Of a DNA stretch of 36,485 nt, positions 12,490-22,582 are shown in pieces. The stretch is taken from assembly GCF_001194135.2 (NCBI RefSeq), contig NC_068981.1, positions 139,856,881 through 139,893,365 on the forward strand, read 5' to 3'. This stretch comes from Octopus bimaculoides (lineage: Eukaryota). The number at the start of each line of letters is the position of its first letter. Positions within the stretch are counted from its first letter, which is position 1. The position numbers and the translations under genes were made by a program. The notes beneath the pieces were generated by a model, which made no database searches, was not told the DNA's origin, and worked only from the letters and a program-made list of their open reading frames with translations.

Positions 12490-13770
12490 TCTGATGTCAA
12501 AACCGTTTCTGGAGGAGTTTTCTCTTCGATATTTGAACTAGGAACTTGTAATTCTGTTAACTTCGTAAGGTCATCCCAGGTTAGAATTTTGTTATTATCA
12601 TGCAATAAATCCTAAAAATCATCTGCGTGCACTTCTTACAATCTCACATCCTTCACCACTTGTACAAAGCTATTAGTGACTAGGACTGTTTCATCCTCCA
12701 TTCGATGAACTTCCTTCACTATGTTTGAAGATAATATTTTCCAGCCCTCAATGAAACACGTTGAGCTTCTTCCCATGCATCTTCCATGTTTTGCTTTTAA
12801 GGCTTGCATAATGCAATTTTCCCAGTATTATTAGGACAGATGTTTATCATCAGCTCCTGAAATCAAAGATAATTTGTATTCATTTCAGAAATAAACTATT
12901 TAATTCATAGTAGACGAGATTTATTTGGCGCAACGAAAGCGATTTTTATGAGTGTGGATTTTAGAGTGAACCGAGTTTTAAAAGAAGACAGACTTTTCTA
13001 AGACAGAATTATTTTGAGCTCAAAACTTACTATTCTCACTTTAACATCCGGATAGAAATATTCAGCCAATCATTCGGTAAATATATCTTGTACAACTCAA
13101 GTTATTATTTTTTCTGTTAGTGGGAGACATGATTTGGAGACACCTTATATTGCTGTTGGAGTATGTACAATGATAATAAAATAAATGTTGAAATTTCAGA
13201 TTTTCGGGATGTTTTCTCCCAACAACTATGTAAGGCAATATTATGTTGCTCATTACGCTGGTAAACTTCTCTGCATTTATGAAATAAAAGATTTAGGTGG
13301 CTAACACTTTATAGAAAACCATCCAAGTGCGCTAGAAATGCAAATACAACCCTATATATCAGCACTTAATCATTTTGCAGCGGTTAAAGTGTTTCTCAGA
13401 CTTTTCTAATAATCACCAATCTGACTTCTTCACCATCTCGTTTAAGCCGTAAAATTAATTTTGCTCTTTTTGTTGAATAATGTCTTGAGAGAGTGGATAG
13501 TGAGGCTGTAATTTATCATCCATCCAAATGTATATTTTCTCAATATTTTTCATTATTTTATGTGTCCATCATGATTTTTTGTGAGTGTGGTTTTTAGAGT
13601 GAACCGAATTTTAAAAGAAGACAGAGACTTTTCTAAGACAGGATTATTTTGAGTTCAAAATTACTCTTCTCACTTTAATATCCGGATAGAAATATTCAGC
13701 CAATCATTCGGTAAATATATCTTGTACAACTCAAGTTATTATTTTTTCTGTTAGCGGGAGACATGAATTT
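12490..13770 (-). mobile_element. Decayed, rearranged Tigger/pogo-type DNA transposon (transposase pseudogene fragments)
   Basis: Minus-strand translations: NIEKIYIWMDDKLQPHYPLSQDIIQQK (about 13468-13547), like the CENP-B-type HTH of Tigger transposases; MEDAWEE...GWKILS...EVHADDF*DLLHDNNKILTWDDLTKLTE (about 12553-12790), like the Tigger C-terminus. Many stops and frameshifts; DDE core not seen; TIRs not identified. Confidence 0.65.
12941..13766. repeat. About 192-bp direct repeat (12941-13132 and 13573-13766), roughly 90% identical
   Basis: Both copies read gattttt..gagtgtgg.ttttagagtgaaccga...ccggatagaaatattcagccaatcattcggtaaatatatcttgtacaactcaag...gggagacatga. Confidence 0.95.
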
Positions 13771-14477
13771 TGCACCATGATTTTTTCTTTTGTTAGACTG
13801 AGACATATTAAGTTTTTTCACACGTTAATCGTACATAATCTAATGGTTCCACAATCCGCCGCCTGGTATAAGACGATTATTTTGGAGAACTTTATAGGAG
13901 ACTCATTTATTGCAAATTCGGGCCGGATCTCCGGTTTCCAGGTCATGTTTTTTTTTCAATTCTCATAGATCATGGGATTTATGTGACTAATAAAATTTTT
14001 TTTCCATGTTTCAAATAATTCGTGGAGTAAATCTATGTAGATTTCCCTATGTTTCACATATGAACGGCATGATAATCTTTGGTTTGTATTTATTTTAAAT
14101 AAAGTTTCCGAAGAAAATTGTTTTTCATTATTTTTTTGTTCGAAGAATTTTCGAAAAAATGTTATTGTAGCACATTATAACACTCAACAAACAACAAAAT
14201 TACATTGTCTAGTTGTAATAAACGTCTATGAAGAGTTCCAAACATAAAACATGAAAAGCATGACAAAACGAAATTAACGAAGGTAGCTTTATTACTATAT
14301 TAATAGTAAACTACAAGCTAAGAATCAGAACAGAGATACAACACATGTGAAGTAAAACTAGAAATTTACCGAGTTAAAAGACAAGCAAAGCAAGTTAAAA
14401 TCTGGCAAAAATAATTCTAGCCGATAGCATTATTTCTACGATGTCTTGAACCTAAAGCAAATCAAAAGGTGAAATAC

Positions 14478-14512
14478 CTGTGCAGAGATTTCTCTTCTCA
14501 AAACGCAAATGA
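14478..14512 (-). other. Candidate 35-nt exon (probably non-coding 5' exon of the minus-strand gene)
   Basis: Long pyrimidine tract ttatttgttttgtttttaattctttgttag| and donor cag|gtattt. Confidence 0.3.
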
Positions 14513-14695
14513 CTAACAAAGAATTAAAAACAAAACAAATAAATAACTAGAATGGAGTAACTCAACCACAGTTGTATCTTCAAGGCTACATGTTTGAAAG
14601 AAAAGATACTTCCGGCCGTATTTGGACATATAGTACACACACACGCACACACACCCGTACACGCACACACGTACACGCACGCGCATTGTATATAT

Positions 14696-14739
<44 letters not shown>

Positions 14740-14740
14740 A

Positions 14741-14782
<42 letters not shown>

Positions 14783-14917
14783 ATACTTCGATTTTGCCAC
14801 TGGAACTCGAAGTAGATAAAGCTATGAATAATAGTGCATAAATATTTGGTTAATACCCTCTTTGGATAGAAAAGAACGAAAGCCCGCCATGGGAATCTTC
14901 TGTCAACATGACAAACG

Positions 14918-14956
<39 letters not shown>

Positions 14957-15760
14957 AACACACACACACACACACATGCAATTGCAGACGCGTACACATT
15001 CATCTGTATTTCCACACTTCTCTCTATTTCAAAGGCTGTTATTCTTTCTATATATATTCCCTATTATGTGTGTGTACATATATGTACTCTCTCTCTCTTT
15101 TACACATGCACGCACGAGCGCGCACACAGGCATATACACTAACATATATCTACATGTATGTATATGTATATACGTGGGTTTTATGTTTATATGCGTATTT
15201 ATATTTATGCATGGATCTATTTATTGTCCAACTGCGTATTGATTGTTTGTTTGTCTATTTATTTCATTCATGTTGAGTCAGTTTATACAGTTTCCCCGAC
15301 ACAAAACTACATTCTCACTTGTCAATTAACTTCTATTCTGTCAAATCCTTATCTCTTGTCTGTATTATTCATATACAAAAATATCGCAGCCAGCATTCCA
15401 CACGGATATTATCTACTTTCCTCGCCGACATCGCAACCCTTCGAATAAATGTAGGAGGGGCAAAACGATCTGTCTATTGTTTAACCTCCGAAACAAGTTT
15501 ATGGATGGGCTGTTATAGTCGTAATTTAGCCAGTGAATGACTCAGCGGGCAGGCTTAAGTGCCCGATGTGAAGGGTTAGAGATTGGGTCAAATAAGTGTC
15601 TATTGTTTTGGTGATAGGAGTACAATCAATGTTGGTGGTAATGGGGAAAGTGTATTTTTCTGTCGATGGGTACAGGGCATAATACAATTCGAGCAATATT
15701 TTGCTCTGCTTTGCTTTCCTCATGACAGCGCGCTTTGGGCCGACCTATTATTAAGGTTTT

Positions 15761-16594
15761 NNNNNNNNNNNNNNNNNNNNNNNNNNNNNNNNNNNNNNNN
15801 NNNNNNNNNNNNNNNNNNNNNNNNNNNNNNNNNNNNNNNNNNNNNNNNNNNNNNNNNNNNNNNNNNNNNNNNNNNNNNNNNNNNNNNNNNNNNNNNNNNN
15901 NNNNNNNNNNNNNNNNNNNNNNNNNNNNNNNNNNNNNNNNNNNNNNNNNNNNNNNNNNNNNNNNNNNNNNNNNNNNNNNNNNNNNNNNNNNNNNNNNNNN
16001 NNNNNNNNNNNNNNNNNNNNNNNNNNNNNNNNNNNNNNNNNNNNNNNNNNNNNNNNNNNNNNNNNNNNNNNNNNNNNNNNNNNNNNNNNNNNNNNNNNNN
16101 NNNNNNNNNNNNNNNNNNNNNNNNNNNNNNNNNNNNNNNNNNNNNNNNNNNNNNNNNNNNNNNNNNNNNNNNNNNNNNNNNNNNNNNNNNNNNNNNNNNN
16201 NNNNNNNNNNNNNNNNNNNNNNNNNNNNNNNNNNNNNNNNNNNNNNNNNNNNNNNNNNNNNNNNNNNNNNNNNNNNNNNNNNNNNNNNNNNNNNNNNNNN
16301 NNNNNNNNNNNNNNNNNNNNNNNNNNNNNNNNNNNNNNNNNNNNNNNNNNNNNNNNNNNNNNNNNNNNNNNNNNNNNNNNNNNNNNNNNNNNNNNNNNNN
16401 NNNNNNNNNNNNNNNNNNNNNNNNNNNNNNNNNNNNNNNNNNNNNNNNNNNNNNNNNNNNNNNNNNNNNNNNNNNNNNNNNNNNNNNNNNNNNNNNNNNN
16501 NNNNNNNNNNNNNNNNNNNNNNNNNNNNNNNNNNNNNNNNNNNNNNNNNNNNNNNNNNNNNNNNNNNNNNNNNNNNNNNNNNNNNNNNNNNNNN
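15761..16594. other. Assembly gap
   Basis: Run of N. Confidence 1.
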
Positions 16595-16674
16595 TATACG
16601 CATATATTGTTTATATAATAACTTACGCTGTGCGTATCTATGTGTGTAACAATTTTAGAGTTCGGATTCTAGAG

Positions 16675-16753
16675 TTAGGGTTAGTTTTAGGGTTAGGGTT
16701 ACGGTTACGGTTACGGTTAACAGTCTAGTTAGGGTTAGGTTTAGGGTTAGGGG
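16675..16753 (+). repeat. Degenerate interstitial (TTAGGG)-like tract with TTACGG variants
   Basis: gttagggttagttttagggttagggttacggttacggttacggttaac...ttagggttaggtttagggttagggg. Confidence 0.9.
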
Positions 16754-17018
16754 ATTAATACGATATACACCATTACAGCGCTAACTGTTTTCAACTGAAT
16801 AGACGTCAGTGATTAGTAGAAATTATCGAAATAAGACAATTTTTTACATGAAATAAATTCGAATACAAAAATATTTTTCTGTTCTATAACACAAAATAGA
16901 CAAGTACACGAAGTTTGAAAGCCTTTCGGTACCAAAAACACTACATAAAACATAATGAAAACTGGTGCCCCCGTTTTAAAATTGATCCATAGCAGCAGCA
17001 GCAGCAGCGGCCGTAGTT

Positions 17019-17067
<49 letters not shown>

Positions 17068-17072
<5 letters not shown>

Positions 17073-17782
17073 ATTTGGGGTTGTTTATGTGTGTTTGGAA
17101 GGTGCTTTTCATGTTGTGGCAAGGACAATAGAGGCTTGATTGTTGGGGTAGAGGTTATTATTATTGTTGTTTAACCGCAAGTCAGCCCAAATCGAACAAA
17201 ACTGTGGTCGAATACTTTAATCATGATCAACCTGCTTATTTTTCAGTGTATCTAGGCCTATCTTGTAAAGTCGTAAGTTATAATGTAAAGGAAGTTTAAC
17301 TGCTATTCAATGCAGATTGAACAACCCAATCCCACAGAGAGACTTATTTGGGCAATTATTGTGTTGCTGTTGTGATTCTAGGTCTGCCCGCATCAAGCAG
17401 TCTAAAATCTCTCAATTAGTCAACTAAAACTATTAGGCAGCCAAAAGTTATATTACCCAATTCCATCGGTTCTCGGTTTACCTATTAACAACACAACTTG
17501 GTGCGATATTCTCTAATGAATTTAAATGGAAAGAATATGATAGTTGGATCATAATTGCATTCTCCATTGTTCAGTCGCTATTGTATGGTCGTAGATTTTA
17601 TTCGTGGTTATGGGGAAACCAGCCCATGTGAACTTAGACGGAGGACAGTACATAATAATGTTCGTCTGTAGTTAATGCTGATATACATCCCAACAATATT
17701 TGTAAGCCATTAATGGTGCAGCCTTTTCCGTGTGCATGTTTCTTATACATGTCGAGGAAGAGAGAAGTTTCTTAAAACGTTT

Positions 17783-17833
<51 letters not shown>

Positions 17834-18105
17834 CACTACTTACACTACTACTACTGCTGCTGCTGCTGCTACTGCGGCTACTGTAACTACTTCTGACAAC
17901 AACAACACCAACATCAATAGTAGTTTTAGTGGTGGCGCTAAGGATTAATGGTAGTTCTGATGGTGTGCGTAGTAGTAGTAGTTGTATTATTATTAGTAGT
18001 AGTAGTAATAGTAGCAGTAGCAGCAGCAGCAGTATTAGTAGTGTAGTGATTTGGGGGTGTTTATGTGTGTTTGGAATGTGCTTTTCATGTAGTGGCAAGG
18101 ACAAT
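17068..18105. repeat. 62-bp direct repeat (17068-17129 and 18044-18105), 59/62 identical, each preceded by (AGC)n/(TAG)n
   Basis: tagtgatttgggg.tgtttatgtgtgtttggaa.gtgcttttcatgt.gtggcaaggacaat present twice, 976 bp apart. Confidence 0.95.
17170..17335 (+). mobile_element. Diverged interspersed repeat (family F), also seen on the reverse strand at about 22700-22870
   Basis: gtttaaccgcaagtcagccc...aactgctattc corresponds to the reverse complement of agaaatattagccagatttgcc...taacctggggttaagc. Confidence 0.5.
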
Positions 18106-18139
18106 GTGAATTGAAGATTGTTAGCGATACAACCTGTAT

Positions 18140-18370
18140 CCGAGGTGGCGTGTTGGTAGAAACGTTACCACACCGGGCAAAATGCTTAGCGGCATTTCGT
18201 CCATCTTTATGTTCTGGGTTCAAATATCGCCGACGTCAACTTTGGCTTTTATATTTTCTTGGTCGAAAAAATAGAATACCAGTTGTGTATTGGAGTCGAT
18301 GGTATCGGCTGGCCCCTTCCGTCTAAAATTTCAGGCTTTGTACCAATAATAGAAAAGATATAAACTATAT
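18140..18370 (+). mobile_element. SINE family A, near full length
   Basis: ggcgtgttggtagaaacgtta...aaatgcttagcggcatttcgtcc...gggttcaaat...aaaatttcaggctttgtacc...agaaaagat. Confidence 0.85.
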
Positions 18371-18389
18371 TCCTCACATTTGTAGTTGG

Positions 18390-19460
18390 TGTTTTAGTTT
18401 TAGCATTCTTCTTGGTTGTATATAGAATCTCCGTGTATAATATATCATGATGCAGAATGAGCAGTTTGGGGATCTTTGTAGCTTGTTGTAGCTTACTGTA
18501 ACAATTAGAATGTGCACGGAGAGGAGAGTGGTCCATGATGGATTTAATGAATCTTTTGTACACCACTGTTGGTGTTTTCTGCTCGTCAGCTGTTGCATTT
18601 CTGATAGTTTTTGCTATGATTGCGCATTATTTATTTGTTTATGATTGAGTTTCGTAAAAGGTTTGGTTGAGTTCCATGTAACTACTAATATTTGCTTCTC
18701 TTGTATGTGTGAGGGAGAGGAATGGAGAGAGAGAGAGAGTGGAGGAAGAGAAAGGACGCAAGAGAGAGAGAGGGAGAGAGATAGCGTGGGTGTTTATGTT
18801 GTTGATAGCTGGTTGAATTTCGTGTACTCTATTAATAAGATGTGAAACCAGATTTCATATGTGCTTCATTTATATACACATATTTTTGTTGTGGAGCTCA
18901 TTTTGTCGGTGATTTATGTAGCTTGAAGTATTTATGCAACAGATATGTCTACATTATGGTGGGAGGATGTGAGTTTGGTGTCATTAGTGTAATGAACCAG
19001 TCTGTATGTTTTGTGGGGGTGTGCGAACTGTGTGAGTTCGCGAATGTGACAAACGGGTGAATGGTTCGTTCTCTATGGTACTCTATGCAAAAATTGGCAT
19101 GTCCTGAAACTGTAGTTCCAATAGAAACATGTGGTCTTGACAGGTAAGCTTGCTAGCCTGTGTTCAGAGTTGTTTTGTAGGATAAATTTTGTATGGGTGA
19201 ATGGAGAATAGACTAAAAAGCTTTGTCTGTATCAATTGTAGTTAGAATGGCGCGAGTGGGTTCTTCCATTTTTATACCAAGTTAAATTGGCTGTAAGTTG
19301 TGAGGTGATTGAGAATCATGGACTGATTCTTCATAAGATTTGAGAGGGGATGCGTATGTGCTAGCGCTATCAAGGATTATCTTTTTAAGGATTATTGTTG
19401 ATGGCATTTATTCAGAAGAGGTTGATGGACCTGCATGACATTGTTTCATTATGAATTTAT
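18390..19460 (-). mobile_element. Heavily decayed non-LTR retrotransposon (RT-like fragment plus 3' region); clade unresolved
   Basis: Minus-strand translation TRAILTTIDTDKAF*SILHS...YLSRPHVSIGTTVS (about 19110-19260) resembles the LINE RT D-x-x-KAFD region and the following W-x-x-FL motif; many stops. Confidence 0.5.
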
Positions 19461-20213
19461 TGAACTTTAGTTTCGCTCACCCATTTTTCTTTCTGAAACA
19501 TTGATAGCGTTGTCATGAAGCATGGCAAGATGACAAGGCCAGCTACAACAAAAACAACCAATACAAACAATAAATGCCGTTGTTATTTACCTCCCAAAGT
19601 CAAAGTGTGACAAAGAAATTATTTAAAAAAATCATAAAGCTTCACACATCAAAACAAGCCTTGTAAGCATGACATAACATTTAAATATTCCGTATTACAC
19701 CTAAAAGGCAGTGAAAATATCTAAAGGAGTTTCAATCACATGACATTAACGGAGCAATAATTCAGAAAACGTTATTAACACATCGATACAGTACAACCAG
19801 TATTATATACGGATCACATTAGACAGAGCCATTCAGAGCGCGTATGGTCACATAGGATACATTCGTAAAGTAATAGGCGTCGGTACTACCCGCTAATTTG
19901 GTGAACTAAACGAGTTAAGAGGGTCGGGTAGAATGCTTTATACGTATTATTTTAGCTTTGACACTCGGCGCTTTAAGATCAAATACCTCCAAAATCAACG
20001 TTGCTTTTAGGATTGATAAAGAAACTAACCAGAGTCATGTATTTTCAGAAATATAAATCCATTGCACCACATACCTTGTGGTATATGTTCTGGCTCTTTG
20101 CGTTATGAGTTCAAATCACGCCACGGCCTACTTAGGTGGTACACTTAATCCAACACTCTGTTTAACACAACCACTCTGCTCGGCGTGCTAACTATTTGCC
20201 GCGCCCTGCAATA

Positions 20214-21093
20214 CGAGGGGCTATTCAAAATGAACACGAATTTTGCAATTTTTTTTTATTCACTTAGTTGTACATGTTCAGACTTTTATCGCCTTCAACG
20301 TATTCTGTTGAAGTCATGCATCGGTTCAGACGCATTCTCCATTGTTCGAAGCAGTCCTGAAGTTTTTGCGAAGTGATACCTTTTAGCACTTCCGTCGTTT
20401 TTGTCTTTACCGCTTCCACATTTGCAAAACGTTTTCCTTCAAGGACTTTTTTCATTGGGGGGAACAAAAAGGGTCCTGATCAACTTTCAACTATTCTTTC
20501 AGTTCACAACACGCGTACAGTTATGACTGCTTTTGATCTCTTGCGAGCAAGCGAGGCATAAATTTTGCTGTAACTTTTCATTCGAAATTCCTCGCATAAA
20601 ATTCGTTGGCAGAAGCTCCAAGACACACCAGTCTCATCACAAGTTCGTTAATTGCACGGCGACGGTCCTCCAACATTAATTCATTAATTTTCATAATGTT
20701 TTCATTCGTCTGGGTGATCGACGGTGGCCCTGAACGAAGTTAGTCTTCAAGCCTCAAGTGACCATTTCTAAAGCGTGAAAACTACTCGTAAACTTGTGTT
20801 TTGCTCATGGAAGCGTCCTTATAAACTGTTTCGGCTGACGTTTTACCCGGCAGAATACAGAATTTCACGGAAGCACGCTGTTCCTTCGTTTCACCCATTG
20901 TAAAAAGCGCCGAAAAGGTGAGAAGCACTGCAAAACAAAGGCGCACCATGTGGCAGTACAACATTGCTGGACGCGGCCAATCGGCTGACTGATGCTTCAG
21001 TGTCGCATCAAGTGGCTTCTAGCGGTGGAAACCTGAACTACTATCAGCTTGTTCCACAGAGAACGTTTCTGGTTACTTATGAGTACCTCCTCG
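20214..21093 (-). mobile_element. Internally deleted mariner transposon (880 bp) with imperfect TIRs and TA TSD
   Basis: Ends TA|cgaggggctattcaaaatgaac and gttacttatgagtacctcctcg|TA. N-terminus EQRASVKFCILPGKTSAETV...SKTQVYE; C-terminus FPPMKKVLEGKRFANVEAVKTKTTEVLKGITSQKLQDCFEQWRMRLNRC...EGD. The catalytic DDD domain is missing at a junction near 20470. Confidence 0.92.
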
Positions 21094-21533
21094 TACATTA
21101 ACATATTAATAAACAACATCTGGTACCCCGGCATGGCCACAGCCTTAGGGCTGAAACATACAAAAGAATAAAAGGATATGTATAAAAAAAATTAGGTCAC
21201 GAAATAAGTGTAATACAGTACAGTCAGCAATCTCTCACCAGTGAAAATGGATTGGCAACTTGTATCATACTTCACTAGTTGTTTTAGGTGGCTATGCAAT
21301 TGCTAGTTCTCGCGATCCTCTCACACTTGATCCAGCCGAATATTCAAGACGTGATTGCTTGAGATGAAAGGCTGTTCTACTATCCTGACTAATACTCATT
21401 GGAGCTTGTAAAATGGATTAGCATAATACTCAAAGAGACAACTTGACACCTGGTCCTGAAACTGAACCTATAACGTTATGAATATGAGGCAAACGCCGTG
21501 ATTAGAAGATGACCCATTTTCACACAACGTTCA

Positions 21534-21678
21534 TTTTTGCCAGCGGAGGTGACTGGAGCAACGTGAAATGAAGTGTTTTGCTCAAGAACACACAACTCGT
21601 TGCCCGGTCCAGGAATCGAAACTACAATCTTACGATCATGATGCTGACACCCTAACCACTAACCCACGCACCTCCACT
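21534..21678 (-). mobile_element. SINE family E, 3'-truncated copy abutting the full copy
   Basis: Near-identical to 21790-21930 (gactggagcaacgtgaaatgaagtgttttgctcaagaacac...cccggtccaggaat.gaaac.acaatcttacgatcatgatgctga). Confidence 0.85.
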
Positions 21679-21931
21679 GCGCCCTTTTAAAGCCTAGCCA
21701 GGCTCATGGACCCGGTTTCCCGGTTTCAATGGCGTATGTGTTCCCCAGCTGGACGGGACGCCAGTCCATTGCAGCGTTACTCGTTTTTGCTAGCTGCGTG
21801 GACTGGACTGGAGCAACGTGAAATGAAGTGTTTTGCTCAAGAACACAACTCGTCGCCCGGTCCAGGAATAGAAACCACAATCTTACGATCATGATGCTGA
21901 TATCCTTACCACTAAGCTACGCGCCTCCACT
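21679..21931 (-). mobile_element. SINE family E, full copy: tRNA-like head, CORE-like and V-like segments
   Basis: Minus strand: gtggaggcgcgtagcttagtggt (A-box)...gtttctattcc (B-box), then ttcttgagcaaaacacttca (CORE-like) and gcaatggactggcgtcccgtccag (resembles the V-SINE domain as recalled). Confidence 0.8.
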
Positions 21932-22197
21932 TATACCAGCTTATAAATATTTATTTTGCAATAAAATACTTATTGCGGAGAGACTTTTTGAACACCTTTT
22001 ATATTATTCAATATGTTATTTCTTTGTTAAGATGGTAAAGTATGATCAGAGGAAATTTGGCTGTTATTTCTAGAAACTCTCACATTGGATCATTGTGTTC
22101 TCACAACCCATAGTAGCGGTAATGACTTTATTGTTGATGAAAGTGTACATTGTTTATATTGCTGCTGTGTGTTAATAATGATAACTATATTATCGAT

Positions 22198-22582
22198 ATT
22201 ACTGTTGTAGATACCGGACAAAATGTATAGCGGTATTACGTTCTCAGTAAAAATACCACCGAAGTCGACTCTGCTTTTCATTATTTCAGTGTCGATGAAA
22301 TAAGTACCAGTTGGGCACTGGGGTCGATATAATCGACAAGCTTCCTCACTCTCCCCAAATTTCAGGCCTTGTACCTATCTATAGCACAAAAGATATTACT
22401 GCTGTAGATACCGAACAAAATGTATAGCAGCGTTTCGTCCGGTTTTATATTCTGAATTGAAAAATCTAAGTTCCTTACATAAAATATGTACCAGTCATGT
22501 ACTGGTTTCGATGAAATTGACTATCCCCCACCCCCAAAATTTCAGGCCTTGTACCTATAATAGACAGGCCTATTACTGCTGT
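22198..22582 (+). mobile_element. Two tandem 5'-truncated SINE family A copies
   Basis: Units start tattactg.tgtagatacc.gacaaaatgtatagc at about 22198 and 22395; both end aaatttcaggccttgtacctat; a third tattactgctgt lies at about 22571. Confidence 0.8.

Noticed and set aside
12616-12826. Minus-strand segment with a strong acceptor (tttcag) and donor (gtaaga)
   Set aside because: All three frames from the acceptor hit stops, and the sequence translates as Tigger transposase C-terminus. It could be an exonised UTR but is not supported as host CDS.
15526-15760. Possible LINE fragment (minus ORF ...FPITTNIDCTPITKTIDTY...)
   Set aside because: Only faint resemblance to LINE post-RT regions, and cut off by the gap.
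16675-16753. True telomere or chromosome end
   Set aside because: Short, degenerate, and followed by ordinary interspersed sequence.
21534-22582. CRISPR-like repeat-spacer array
   Set aside because: The repeats are SINE copies over 100 bp with no regular unique spacers, in a eukaryotic context with no cas genes.
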